The notes under the pieces: generated by a model | Databases searched by the model: none | What the model was told of the DNA's origin: nothing | What the model saw: the letters and a program-made list of their open reading frames with translations, nothing else | Translations under genes and position numbers: made by a program | Shown here: in pieces, positions 20,076 through 29,930 of the stretch | Numbering within the stretch: the first letter of the stretch is position 1 | Layout: the number at the start of each line of letters is the position of its first letter | NCBI GenBank assembly: GCA_965215565.1 | Contig: CBDCDZ010000004.1 | Coordinates: forward strand, 1,280,001-1,344,000 | Length of the DNA: 64,000 bases | Direction: 5' to 3' | Source: Trueperaceae bacterium | GTDB lineage: Bacteria > Deinococcota > Deinococci > Deinococcales > Trueperaceae

Positions 20076-22379
20076 ATGTTTAGAGCCATCGGACGTTTCT
20101 GCAGCGCCTATCCGCGCCTGGTCCTCCTCCTCTGGATACTCATGTTCGCGCTCGCCTTGCCGCTGGCGGGGCGCGTCGGCGAGGTGCTTACGCCGGACGC
20201 GGGCATCGCGCCCGAAAGCGAGGCGCAGCGCGTCGAGGGGACTGTAGCGGACAGCTTCGAGGCGCAGCGCTCGCAGGTCCTCCTCGTGGCGCGTTCAAAC
20301 GTGGAGGATGGCGCGGCGGGTGACGCTGAGGACGAACGCGCCGCGCAGAGCCGCGCGCTCGAGGACGCTTTAGACAGCGTCGCGGCGCTCCCCGGCGTCA
20401 AGGTGACCGACAGCCGCAGCAGCGGCGCGTTTCCCATCCCTACCTTGGAGGACGCAGGGGCGAGCGTCGCGCTCCTCGACCTCTCGGGTTCACAGGCGAA
20501 CTTAGGACACGTCGCGGCGCGGCTGCCGGAAGTGGCGGGGCTCGAGGTCTACCTCACCGCCAACTCGACGGTTGAACATGAGATTCGCGAGATCAGCGAG
20601 CGCGACGCGCTGAGAGCGGAGCGTTACGGCTTGCCGCTCAGCTTGGCAGTTTTAGCTGTCGCTTTCGGCGCGCTCGTCGCCGCGAGCTTGCCACTCGTCG
20701 TCGCGCTCTTCTCCGTCACGCTCTCATTCGCGTTTCTCTTTTTGCTCGGTCAGTTTTTTACGTTCGCCACTTTCGCGCAGATCATCGTGACGATGCTCGG
20801 GCTCGCCACGGGCATCGACTACGCGCTCCTCATCGTCAACCGCTTCCGCGAGGAACTTGGGCGCTCAGAAACCGCTAAGGACGCCGCCATCTTCACCACC
20901 GAAACGGCGGGCAAAGCCGTCGCCTTTAGCGGGCTCACTGTGCTCATTGCACTTTCAGCGCTGCTGGTGCCGCCCCTGCCCTTCGTGCGCTCGATGGGCG
21001 TCGCGAGTATCACCGTCATCCTATTCAGCATGGTGGTTTCGGTCACTGCGCTCCCTGCCGCGCTCACCTTGCTCGGGGCGCGGGTCAACGCGCTTAGGCT
21101 CACGCGCGTGAGCCCCGGCGTGAGGAGCCGCGCCTTTTGGGAGGCTCAGGCGCGGCGCGTGACGCACCGCCCGCTGCTCTGGAGCGTTTTGGGCGTCGCC
21201 GCGCTGCTCCTGATCAGCTTGCCCGCCAAGGAGATGCAGTTGGGCTTTTCGGGCGTGCGCGGGCTCACGCAGAATACCGACACGCGCAAGGCGCACGAAA
21301 TCTTGGACACCCTCGGCTTCAGCAGTTTATTACGCTCCTTCGACGTGCTCATCGACTTCGGCGAGACGGGTTTTTATCACCCTGAGTCGGTGCGCGGTAC
21401 GTCTAAGCTGACGCGGCAGGCCCTAGCTTTAGACGACGTCGACAAGGTCTACTCCCCTACGACGGCGGGGAGCTTCCCCGCGCTTCTCCTCAACAGCTAC
21501 TACGCCACGCAAGCAACGGCGCTGGCGAGCCCAGCCCGTGACCTCGTGAACGCCACGGTCAGCCAAGACGGTCGCTACGCTCTCGTGCGCGTCTTTCCGC
21601 CGAGCGGTATCGCGCCCGCCGAGAGCAACCGGCTCGCGGACACGCTGCGCCTCAGCGCCTACGAACTCGGTCTAGACGTCTCAGTTGGCGGTCCTTACGT
21701 CACGCAGCGCGAGTGGACGAGGACGCTCTACCGGACCTTTCCGTGGGCGCTCAGCCTCGTCTATCTAGCAACCTTCGTCCTCTTGGGACTCGCCTTTCGC
21801 TCGCTCCTCATCCCCATCAAGTCGATTGCGCTCAACACGCTCACCGTGGGCGCGGCGTTCGGCGCGATCACGCTGGTCTTTCAGTTCGGCTGGGGCGGCT
21901 CGCTTCTGGGGCTGGGGGGGGCGCTCGGCTTCGTCGAGTCGAGCGTGCCGATCTTTATCTTCGCCGTCGTCTTCGGTCTCAGCATGGACTACGAGGTCTT
22001 TTTAGTCTCGCGCATCGCCGAGAATCACCGGCGCGGTTTGAGCGACAAAGACGCCGTCGTGCGCGCTGTCGGCACGACGGGCGGCGTCATCACGAGCGCG
22101 GCGCTCATCATGGGCGTGGTCTTTTCGGTTTTTCTCTTCAGCGGCGTCGTTTTTATCAAGACGCTCAGCTTGGGGCTGCTTATAGCCGTGCTCTTAGACG
22201 CGACATTGGTGCGGCTCGTGCTCGTGCCCGCCGTAACGCTCCTCGCGGGAAGGTGGAACTGGTGGCTGCCGCGCCCCCTCGCGCGCTTAGCGGAGCGCAT
22301 CGACTTGAGCCACGATGCGCCGGAACGCGGTGCGTTAGGTCCTGATTCGTTGGGTCCCGAATCGCTGAGCCACGACTGA
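20076..22379 (+). CDS. MMPL-family (RND) membrane transporter
   Basis: GLATGIDYALLIVNRFREE, TAGKAVAFSG, FGLSMDYEVFLVSRI, LDATLVR..LVPA, GRWNWW. Confidence 0.94.
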   Translation: MFRAIGRFCSAYPRLVLLLWILMFALALPLAGRVGEVLTPDAGIAPESEAQRVEGTVADSFEAQRSQVLLVARSNVEDGAAGDAEDERAAQSRALEDALDSVAALPGVKVTDSRSSGAFPIPTLEDAGASVALLDLSGSQANLGHVAARLPEVAGLEVYLTANSTVEHEIREISERDALRAERYGLPLSLAVLAVAFGALVAASLPLVVALFSVTLSFAFLFLLGQFFTFATFAQIIVTMLGLATGIDYALLIVNRFREELGRSETAKDAAIFTTETAGKAVAFSGLTVLIALSALLVPPLPFVRSMGVASITVILFSMVVSVTALPAALTLLGARVNALRLTRVSPGVRSRAFWEAQARRVTHRPLLWSVLGVAALLLISLPAKEMQLGFSGVRGLTQNTDTRKAHEILDTLGFSSLLRSFDVLIDFGETGFYHPESVRGTSKLTRQALALDDVDKVYSPTTAGSFPALLLNSYYATQATALASPARDLVNATVSQDGRYALVRVFPPSGIAPAESNRLADTLRLSAYELGLDVSVGGPYVTQREWTRTLYRTFPWALSLVYLATFVLLGLAFRSLLIPIKSIALNTLTVGAAFGAITLVFQFGWGGSLLGLGGALGFVESSVPIFIFAVVFGLSMDYEVFLVSRIAENHRRGLSDKDAVVRAVGTTGGVITSAALIMGVVFSVFLFSGVVFIKTLSLGLLIAVLLDATLVRLVLVPAVTLLAGRWNWWLPRPLARLAERIDLSHDAPERGALGPDSLGPESLSHD

Positions 22380-22429
22380 TAGGGATTCTGATTGATTCGC
22401 TAACATAGCGAATCAATCAGAATCCCTAT
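22379..22429. terminator. Perfect 24-bp hairpin between convergent genes (probable bidirectional terminator)
   Basis: ATAGGGATTCTGATTGATTCGCTA-aca-TAGCGAATCAATCAGAATCCCTAT. Confidence 0.7.
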
Positions 22430-22435
22430 TAACCC

Positions 22436-23329
22436 CTAGCGCAAAAGCCCCGACACTAGACTTTGCGCCGCGAAATCCTGATCCAAAATACCCGGTAAGT
22501 CGAGCGCGAAGCCGCCCAAAATCGCGAACTCCAACCCCCGTCCTGTTTGTAACGTCGCCAGTTGCGAGGCGAGCGTGATCGGGTTGACGTCAATCTGCAA
22601 ACTGAGCGGCGCGCTTCCGCCCGCAGGTAGCGCCTGCGTCACGGCGCGTCCAACGCCGACACGCGCCCCGCCGAGTCTCATATCGAGTTCGGGCGCGCGG
22701 AAGACGTAACCGAGCGGTGTGGGGTTGGACAGCTCGAGTTCCACCCCAATCGTCGCCCTGGTGAGCCCGACGTCGCGCAGTCCTGAACGTTCAGGGACGA
22801 AACGAATGTCGGGCGCGGCCAAGCGAATCGGCTGCGTGATCGTCCCCGACACGAGCGTCGTACTCGGCAGCGTCTGGCGCGTCCCTAAAACCTCTACAGC
22901 AACAGTTCCGTCAAGCTGATAGCGCGTCGGCTCACCGATGATAAGCCCAGCTAAGTCCGCGAGCAGGCTGACACCTCTTTCCAACGGCACGTCCACCTCC
23001 AAAGGTAATTGGGTTGACCCATTCGCCGCCAATGTAAACCCTTCAGTAAAGCTACTTCTAACTGACCTCTTCCCGTTCACAAAGAGGTCGAAGTCCAGCC
23101 CTGCCAACGAAAATCCGAACGAGTTCGGATTCTGCACCTCTAGGTTGAACAAGAACGTCGCACTCGGCGAGCCCACGCCAGGTGGGTTGAGCCGCACCAG
23201 CCCCGAGTTTTGAGTGAGGAGTTTGAAGTTGGGCGCTCTGACAAAGTTATCTACACCAGGAACGCAAGCGTTGAGGAGGAGCGCGAGCAGAAGCAGCGCG
23301 ACGATTCGTAAGGTGCGAAGTCGTTTCAT
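22436..23329 (-). CDS. Lipoprotein with two LEA type 2 (WHy) domains
   Basis: Lipobox LNAC, two V.NPN/LSNPT motifs. Confidence 0.85.
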   Translation of the reverse strand: MKRLRTLRIVALLLLALLLNACVPGVDNFVRAPNFKLLTQNSGLVRLNPPGVGSPSATFLFNLEVQNPNSFGFSLAGLDFDLFVNGKRSVRSSFTEGFTLAANGSTQLPLEVDVPLERGVSLLADLAGLIIGEPTRYQLDGTVAVEVLGTRQTLPSTTLVSGTITQPIRLAAPDIRFVPERSGLRDVGLTRATIGVELELSNPTPLGYVFRAPELDMRLGGARVGVGRAVTQALPAGGSAPLSLQIDVNPITLASQLATLQTGRGLEFAILGGFALDLPGILDQDFAAQSLVSGLLR

Positions 23330-23897
23330 GCGCTCAGCTTAACTGAGGGGTTTTTCGCAGGGTTTGAAAAAGTTTACGTTGTGGTACCAAAGTGATTTAA
23401 GGGTGTCACAACGTGACATCCTTATACGCTCTATGTTCAGCTTGCTAACGCGCAGCGCGGGTAACTTCGAACGCTCACACACTGTGACACCCCCTTTTCA
23501 GTCTGGTATGACGTTGGGCTGAGGTTGAATATTGCTTTTGCACCGTCTTGAATTCGGCGAGCACCAAACTTGAAGAGGTTAGGGGCGTTGCAGCCTCGAG
23601 GTTCAAATTTATTAAACAAGAAGCAATATAATTTAGAAGTGCCTCTTGAGCTGTCTGCAATTTTTGCATTTTGTATGTTTTGTTGACAACATTGAGCCGC
23701 TTTCACCTTGACGCTCTTTCTCGAGACCTGGTATATTTGCACCTTACAGTGCGGATGAGTTCTGTTACTCCCGCTACAGTTAGAGAGGTCTACACAGCTT
23801 TACAGCGAAACTGACGTGCGCGTATAATGCCGCATATTCATAAGCTGAATAGTTTCTACTCGTCAACGCAGTCCAAAAGGTTTACTTTAGGAGGCAC

Positions 23898-24764
23898 ATG
23901 GCACGCACCGTTAAAGGCGGCTTGATTCAAGCGTCGAACCCCATCCCAGGTGACAAAGACCTTCAGAAGATAAAAAAAGCGATGCTGGATAAGCACATCC
24001 CGCTGATTGAAGAGGCCGGCGAACAGGGCGTCGAGGTCTTGTGCCTGCAAGAGATTTTCTACGGTCCCTACTTTTGCCCCTCCCAAGACAGCCGCTGGTA
24101 CACCACCGCCGAGCCTATTCCCGACGGCGAGACCACCCAGATGATGATGGAACTCGCCAAGCAGTACGGCATGGTTATCGTCGTACCCATCTACGAAGAG
24201 GAGATGACGGGCGTCTACTACAACACCGCCGCTGTGATTGACGCGGACGGCAAATACTTGGGTAAGTACCGCAAGACGCACATCCCGCAAGTGGCAGGTT
24301 TTTACGAGAAGTTCTTCTTCCGCCCCGGCAACTTGGGCTATCCCGTCTTCGACACGGCAGTCGGTAAAGTCGGCGTGTATATCTGCTATGACCGTCACTT
24401 TCCTGAGGGGGCTCGAGCCTTAGGGCTCAACGGCGCGGAAATCGTCTTCAACCCGAGCGCGACCGTTGCAGGACTCAGTGAGTATCTGTGGCGGCTCGAG
24501 CAGCCCGCCCACGCCGTCGCGAATGGCTACTTCGTCGGCGCAATCAACCGCGTCGGACACGAAGAGCCCTGGGACATCGGCGAGTTCTATGGTCAGAGCT
24601 ACTTTGTCAACCCGAGAGGTCAGTTCGTAGCCGAGGGCAGCCGCGACCAGGACGAACTCATCGTCGCGGATTTGGATATGTCGATGGTGCGCGAGGTGCG
24701 GGATTTGTGGCAGTTCTACAGGGACAGACGCCCGGAGACGTACGACGAATTGGTGGAGCTTTAG
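23898..24764 (+). CDS. Nitrilase-family beta-ureidopropionase (N-carbamoyl-beta-alanine amidohydrolase)
   Basis: E-K-C triad (LQE, YRKTHIP, ICYDRHFPE). First gene of the pyrimidine catabolic operon. Confidence 0.9.
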   Translation: MARTVKGGLIQASNPIPGDKDLQKIKKAMLDKHIPLIEEAGEQGVEVLCLQEIFYGPYFCPSQDSRWYTTAEPIPDGETTQMMMELAKQYGMVIVVPIYEEEMTGVYYNTAAVIDADGKYLGKYRKTHIPQVAGFYEKFFFRPGNLGYPVFDTAVGKVGVYICYDRHFPEGARALGLNGAEIVFNPSATVAGLSEYLWRLEQPAHAVANGYFVGAINRVGHEEPWDIGEFYGQSYFVNPRGQFVAEGSRDQDELIVADLDMSMVREVRDLWQFYRDRRPETYDELVEL

Positions 24765-24850
24765 GGAGCGGGTCAGCTAGTCAGCCAGTCAGCACTTCAG
24801 GTTTTTCCCTGACAAGCTGACTAGTTGAAATGCTGAGTTGCCTTTTCGCT

Positions 24851-25240
24851 ATGGACCTTTTACAGCAAGTAGAGAATGCGTTAGCCATTGAAGATGTCTC
24901 ACTTTCACTGACGTCAAAGAATCCAGATGCACTCGCTAGCTTTTACGCCTCTGTCTTCAAGGTTGAGTTTGCGACGCTCATGAGCTTGCGCGGCCCTGAA
25001 TACCATCACGGAAAGTTGGGGGTACTGAAGCTCATAATCAGATGTGATGAAGTTAGAGAAAGCAACGACGAATATGAAGGTGTAAGTCTAGCCTTCACGA
25101 TGAAAGGTATTGAGAAAGTGTACCGAAACGCGCTCGCTCACGGCGCAACACCTGTTGCGGAACCTGGCGAGTTCCTCTCCGCGCAGTTTCGTGACCCGGA
25201 CGGAAACCTGATAGAGATTGTAGAGGCGTTGCCCTTCTGA
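24851..25240 (+). CDS. VOC/glyoxalase-family protein
   Basis: FY..VF, LAF, GA, FRDPDGNLIEI. Confidence 0.8.
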   Translation: MDLLQQVENALAIEDVSLSLTSKNPDALASFYASVFKVEFATLMSLRGPEYHHGKLGVLKLIIRCDEVRESNDEYEGVSLAFTMKGIEKVYRNALAHGATPVAEPGEFLSAQFRDPDGNLIEIVEALPF

Positions 25241-26607
25241 TGAATAGCACTCCTTTAGACCTCACCGATTTAGAAACCCGCTTCACCGAACTCAAACCGC
25301 CGATGTCTAAAAATGAGGCTCGAGTCGAAGCCAACCGCTGCTTGTACTGCTTCGACGCGCCTTGCATCACCGCCTGCCCGACCTCGATTGACGTGCCGAC
25401 CTTCATCCGCAAAATCTCCACGGATAATGTTCTGGGCGCGGCGACGACCATCTTGGAAGCCAACCTCATGGGTGCGAGTTGCAGCCGCGTCTGCCCTGTC
25501 GAAGAACTCTGCGAGGGCGCGTGCGTGTTGACAAGCGAACATAAACCCATTGAGATTGGACGCTTGCAGCGCTACGCGATGGACTACATTTACGAGAAAG
25601 GCAAAGTTCCTTTCAAACCTGCGGAGAAGAACAGTAAAAAAGTCGCCATCGTCGGCGCGGGACCCGCTGGGCTCACCTGCGCGGGCGAACTCGCCAAGTT
25701 CGGTTATGACGCTACCGTCTTCGAAAAGAACGATTTACCGGGTGGGCTCTCTACCTATGGCATCGTAGTGATGCGCGAACCGATTCGCGTGGCGCTGCAA
25801 GAGGTTGAATTTGTCAAGAAGCTGGGCGTTGAGGTTAAGACGGGTGTCGCCATTGGGCAAGACATCTCCGCCGATGACCTCTTGAATGACTACGACGCGG
25901 TTTTCATCGGGGCGGGGATGGGCAAGGTTCCGAACTTAGGCATCCCTGGTGAAGATTTGGAAGGCGTCACCGAAGCCCTTTCTTTTATCGCAGAAACCAA
26001 GCTCGCAGAAAAAGAGGGTTTGGACCAACTTAAAAATCTTCCTATCGGTCAAGAGGTTGCGGTTATTGGCGCAGGCAATACGGCGATTGACGCGGCGACG
26101 ATTGCGAAGAGGTTAGGCGCGGAGCGCGTCACTATCGTCTACCGCCGCAGCGAGTTGGAGATGCCTGCGTATACCTTTGAATACGACTTCATCAAGAATG
26201 AGGGCGTCGAGTTTAGGTTTTTGAATCAGCCGCTCGAGATTCAAGGCGAAAACGGCGCAGTCACAGGTCTCAAATGTATCCGCATGGAACTAGGCGAGCC
26301 TGACACGGATGGACGCCGCCGCCCAACTCCGATTGAAGGTAGCGAGTGGGTTTTACCTTGTGACCATGTGATTAAAGCCATCGGACAGGAGAAGCTCACA
26401 CCTCTTCATGAGGCGTTTGGGCTCGAGACCCAAAGTGGCTACATCAAGGTAGACGAAACGCTCCGAACCTCTAAACCCCACGTCTTCGCGGGCGGCGACT
26501 GCATCCGTTTAGAAGGCGACGCGATGACGGTAACAGCGACGGAGGACGGCAAGATTGCAGCGCGGTCTATTCATCAAATGTTGAGCGAAAGTATTTCCAG
26601 TGATTAG
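25240..26607 (+). CDS. preT: Dihydropyrimidine dehydrogenase subunit A (NAD(P)/FAD, Fe-S)
   Basis: RCLYC.DAPC..ACP, CSRVCP.EELCE..C, GAGPAG, GAGNTAID. Adjacent to preA. Confidence 0.88.
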   Translation: MNSTPLDLTDLETRFTELKPPMSKNEARVEANRCLYCFDAPCITACPTSIDVPTFIRKISTDNVLGAATTILEANLMGASCSRVCPVEELCEGACVLTSEHKPIEIGRLQRYAMDYIYEKGKVPFKPAEKNSKKVAIVGAGPAGLTCAGELAKFGYDATVFEKNDLPGGLSTYGIVVMREPIRVALQEVEFVKKLGVEVKTGVAIGQDISADDLLNDYDAVFIGAGMGKVPNLGIPGEDLEGVTEALSFIAETKLAEKEGLDQLKNLPIGQEVAVIGAGNTAIDAATIAKRLGAERVTIVYRRSELEMPAYTFEYDFIKNEGVEFRFLNQPLEIQGENGAVTGLKCIRMELGEPDTDGRRRPTPIEGSEWVLPCDHVIKAIGQEKLTPLHEAFGLETQSGYIKVDETLRTSKPHVFAGGDCIRLEGDAMTVTATEDGKIAARSIHQMLSESISSD

Positions 26608-26677
26608 AGAGGGAAGGTTAAAGAGGAAAGAGAAAAGAAGGACCTACTTTAACCTTTTCTCTTTCCTCTTTTCTCTT
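26606..26677. repeat. Purine/pyrimidine 7-mer-based hairpin, inverted copy of 28463-28535
   Basis: 26606-26640 is the reverse complement of 28501-28535 with about 2 mismatches. Confidence 0.75.
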
Positions 26678-26696
26678 CAAGCTGGAGGCGTCACGA

Positions 26697-28052
26697 ATGG
26701 CTGATCTAAGCATCAACTTCGCAGGTATCAAGAGCCCTAACCCCTTCTGGCTCGCCTCCGCCCCGCCGACGAACACCGCCTATCAAGTCAACAAAGCGTT
26801 CGAGTACGGCTGGGGCGGCGCGGTTTGGAAGACCATTGGAGAGCCCGTTTTGAACGTCTCCTCGCGCTACGGCGGCTTTGAGTACAGCGGCAACAAGCTC
26901 GTGGCGATTAACAACGTTGAACTCATCTCAGATAGACCTTTAGAAACAAATTTACGAGAAATCAAAGAGGTCAAAGAACTCTGGTCAGACCGCGCCGTCA
27001 TCGCCTCGGCAATGGTGGCGTCCGAGCCGAAGGCGTGGCACGATATTATTCAGAAGATCGAGGACACAGGCGCGGACGGTATCGAACTCAACTACGGCTG
27101 CCCGCACGGGATGAGCGAGCGCGGCATGGGCGCGGCGGTAGGGCAGGTGCCGGAATATTGCTCGATGATTACGGAGTGGGTGACGGACGTGGCGAGCATC
27201 CCTGTGATCGTCAAGCTCACGCCGAACGTCACCGACATCGGCAAGCCTGCGCAGGCTGCCGTAAAGGGTAAGGCGGACGCGCTCTCACTGATTAACACCA
27301 TCAATTCCATCGTCGGGGTGAATTTAGACAGTTTTCAGCTCGAGCCCAACATCGGCGGCAAAGGCTCGCACGGGGGCTACGCGGGTCCGGCGGTGAAACC
27401 CGTCGCCTTGCACCTCTTGTCCGTCGTGGCAAATGACGAAGAGGTCCAGCGGGCGAACTTGCCCATCTCTGGTATGGGCGGCATCCAGACCTGGCGCGAC
27501 GCGGCAGAATTTCTTCTTTTAGGCGCGACGAGTTTGCAAGTGTGTACGGCGGTCATGCACTACGGCTTTCGCATCATTGAAGATTTGACGGATGGGCTCT
27601 CGAACTGGCTAGACGAGAAAGGCGCGGCGTCCATCAATGAGATTATCGGGGCGTCGGTGCCGAGGGTAAGCAGCTTCGGTGACTTCGACCTCAGCTATAA
27701 AGTCGTCGCCCGCATCAACCCTGAGACCTGTATCAACTGCAACCTCTGTTACGTCGCCTGCGATGAGGGTGCGCACCAGTGCATCGACCTGACGGTAGAC
27801 GGCGCGAAAATCGACCCCGCGACCTACACCGGCAGCGTCAAGCCGCAGCCCGTCGTGCGCGAAGAGGATTGTGTTGGATGTAACCTCTGCTCGCTGGTCT
27901 GTCCGGTGGATGAATGCATCTCGATGGTGGAGATGCCGCCGGAGCATGAAAGTGTCACTTGGAATGAGTTAAGCACGAATAAGCCGGAGGTGACGCGGGA
28001 TTGGGAGGCGATGGAGCGGTATCGGGAAGAGGTTGGAATTGATATTCATTAG
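26697..28052 (+). CDS. preA: NAD-dependent dihydropyrimidine dehydrogenase subunit PreA
   Basis: NPFWLASAPPT, ELNYGCPHGM.ERGMG.AVGQ.PE, KLTPN, two C-terminal 4Fe-4S motifs. Confidence 0.95.
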   Translation: MADLSINFAGIKSPNPFWLASAPPTNTAYQVNKAFEYGWGGAVWKTIGEPVLNVSSRYGGFEYSGNKLVAINNVELISDRPLETNLREIKEVKELWSDRAVIASAMVASEPKAWHDIIQKIEDTGADGIELNYGCPHGMSERGMGAAVGQVPEYCSMITEWVTDVASIPVIVKLTPNVTDIGKPAQAAVKGKADALSLINTINSIVGVNLDSFQLEPNIGGKGSHGGYAGPAVKPVALHLLSVVANDEEVQRANLPISGMGGIQTWRDAAEFLLLGATSLQVCTAVMHYGFRIIEDLTDGLSNWLDEKGAASINEIIGASVPRVSSFGDFDLSYKVVARINPETCINCNLCYVACDEGAHQCIDLTVDGAKIDPATYTGSVKPQPVVREEDCVGCNLCSLVCPVDECISMVEMPPEHESVTWNELSTNKPEVTRDWEAMERYREEVGIDIH

Positions 28053-28073
28053 GACTGAGAGAAAAGGGTAAAG

Positions 28074-28478
28074 ATGAAAGAGGAAAGAGATGAGACAAAA
28101 GAAAAAGTCAATCGTTTCGAGGACCTGGTAGCGTGGCAGAAGGCTCGAGCTTTGACCAAATCGGTGTATCAAGTCACGAAAAGAGGCGAATTCGCTAAAG
28201 ACTTTGGGCTGACAAATCAGATACAGCGAGCTGCCGTTTCAGTTATGTCGAATATCGCCGAAGGATTTGAACGTGGACGCCGCACCGAATTTCATCAGTT
28301 TTTGTCCATCGCTAAATCTTCTTGTGGAGAGGTAAGATCGCAACTTTATGTTGCTTTCGATGTTGGCTATCTGCAAAAGCCAACCTTCAACGCCCTCTTA
28401 ACCCAAGCTGAAGAGGTTTCACGGGTTGTAGGCGGACTAAAAACCGCTGTCCAAAAACAAAAAGTGAGAGGAAAATGA
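28074..28478 (+). CDS. Four-helix-bundle protein (23S rRNA IVS protein/bAvd family)
   Basis: [47 protein letters not shown]. Confidence 0.93.
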   Translation: MKEERDETKEKVNRFEDLVAWQKARALTKSVYQVTKRGEFAKDFGLTNQIQRAAVSVMSNIAEGFERGRRTEFHQFLSIAKSSCGEVRSQLYVAFDVGYLQKPTFNALLTQAEEVSRVVGGLKTAVQKQKVRGK

Positions 28479-28556
28479 AGAGAAGAGGTTAAAGTGGGTT
28501 CTTCTTTTCTCTTTCCTCTTTAACCTTTTCTCTCTTTTACCCTACAGGAGGACACT

Positions 28557-29930
28557 TTGAGCTTGCTCATCCGCAACGCCGACATCATCACCGCCGACTC
28601 GCGTACGACGGCCGACATCTACTGCGAAGGCGAAACCGTCACCCGCATCGGTCAGAACTTGGACGCTTCCGCCGATGAGGTCATCGACGCCTCTGGCAAA
28701 CTCGTCTTCCCCGGCTTCATCGACCCCCACGTCCACATCTACCTGCCCTTCATGAGCACCTACGCCAAAGATTCCCACGCGACGGGCAGCCGCGCCGCGC
28801 TCATGGGCGGTACGACGACCTTTATCGAGATGTGTGCGCCGAATAAGGGCGAAGACCTTTTGGAGGGTTACGAGCTGTGGAAGGGTAAAGCCGAGGGCGA
28901 GAGCGCCTGCGACTACACCTTTCACATGGGCGTGCCTAAGTTCGACGAGAAGAGCGAGGGGCAACTTCGTGAAATCGTCGCGGACGGTATTTCATCCTTT
29001 AAGGTCTTTTTAGCGTACAAGGGCTTTTTCGGCGTGAATGACGAAGAGCTTTTCAAAACGCTAACGCTGGCAAAAGAACTCGGCGTCATCGTCACGGCGC
29101 ACTGCGAGAACCCTGAACTCGTCGCGCAGCTTCAAGCGAAGCTCTTAGCAGAGGGCAAGACCGGACCCGGCTACCACGAGCCGAGCCGCCCCGAGTGGGT
29201 GGAGGCGGACGGGACGCATCACTTCGCGACCTTTTTGGAGGCGACGGGCGCGAAGGGTTATGTCGTTCACCTCTCGTGTGCGCCCGCCCTGAAAGCGGCG
29301 CTAGACGCGAAAGCTCGAGGCGTAGACCTCTCCATCGAAGCGGTCATCCCGCACCTCTTGTTGGATAAAACGCTCGCCGAGCAGGACGGGTTAGAGGGCG
29401 CGAAGTACGTCATGTCGCCGCCCTTGCGGAAGAAGTCAAATCAAAAGGTCTTGTGGGATGCGCTGGCGCAAGGGTTTATTGACACGGTAGGCACAGATCA
29501 CTGCCCCTTTGATACCGAGCAAAAAGAGATGGGGTTAGACGACTTCACTAAGATTCCTAATGGGATTCCCGCGTTAGAGGACCGCGTCAGGCTCCTCTAC
29601 ACCTACGGCGTGAGTCGCGGCGACTTGGACGTGCACCGCTTCGTAGAGGCAGCCTCAACCAAAGCCGCCAAGCTCTTCGGGCTCTTTCCGCGTAAGGGAA
29701 CGGTTGCGGTGGGGAGTGACGCCGACTTGGTGATTTATGACCCGAATGCAAAAGGTACGATTTCAGCTCAGAATCAAACGATGAACGTCAACTACAGCGG
29801 ATTTGAAGGGACGGAAGTTGATGGGCGCGTCGAGACAGTGACGGTAAGAGGTAAGGTGCAAGTTAAAGAGGGTGAGTTCGTTGGTGAGCAGGGGTGGGGA
29901 ACGCTACTGAGACGAGAGGCGGGTGCTTAG
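28557..29930 (+). CDS. hydA: Dihydropyrimidinase
   Basis: PGFIDPHVH, GGTTT, SFKVFLAY, HCEN, VVHLS, MSPPLR, TDHCPF, IPNG. RBS AGGAGG with TTG start. Confidence 0.95.
   Translation: MSLLIRNADIITADSRTTADIYCEGETVTRIGQNLDASADEVIDASGKLVFPGFIDPHVHIYLPFMSTYAKDSHATGSRAALMGGTTTFIEMCAPNKGEDLLEGYELWKGKAEGESACDYTFHMGVPKFDEKSEGQLREIVADGISSFKVFLAYKGFFGVNDEELFKTLTLAKELGVIVTAHCENPELVAQLQAKLLAEGKTGPGYHEPSRPEWVEADGTHHFATFLEATGAKGYVVHLSCAPALKAALDAKARGVDLSIEAVIPHLLLDKTLAEQDGLEGAKYVMSPPLRKKSNQKVLWDALAQGFIDTVGTDHCPFDTEQKEMGLDDFTKIPNGIPALEDRVRLLYTYGVSRGDLDVHRFVEAASTKAAKLFGLFPRKGTVAVGSDADLVIYDPNAKGTISAQNQTMNVNYSGFEGTEVDGRVETVTVRGKVQVKEGEFVGEQGWGTLLRREAGA

Noticed and set aside
23404..23418. Palindrome TGTCAC-aac-GTGACA upstream of the LEA gene and pyrimidine operon; CRP-like CGTGA-N6-TCACT near 7405
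   Set aside because: Possible operators, but they are single short instances with no regulator nearby, so they cannot be supported.
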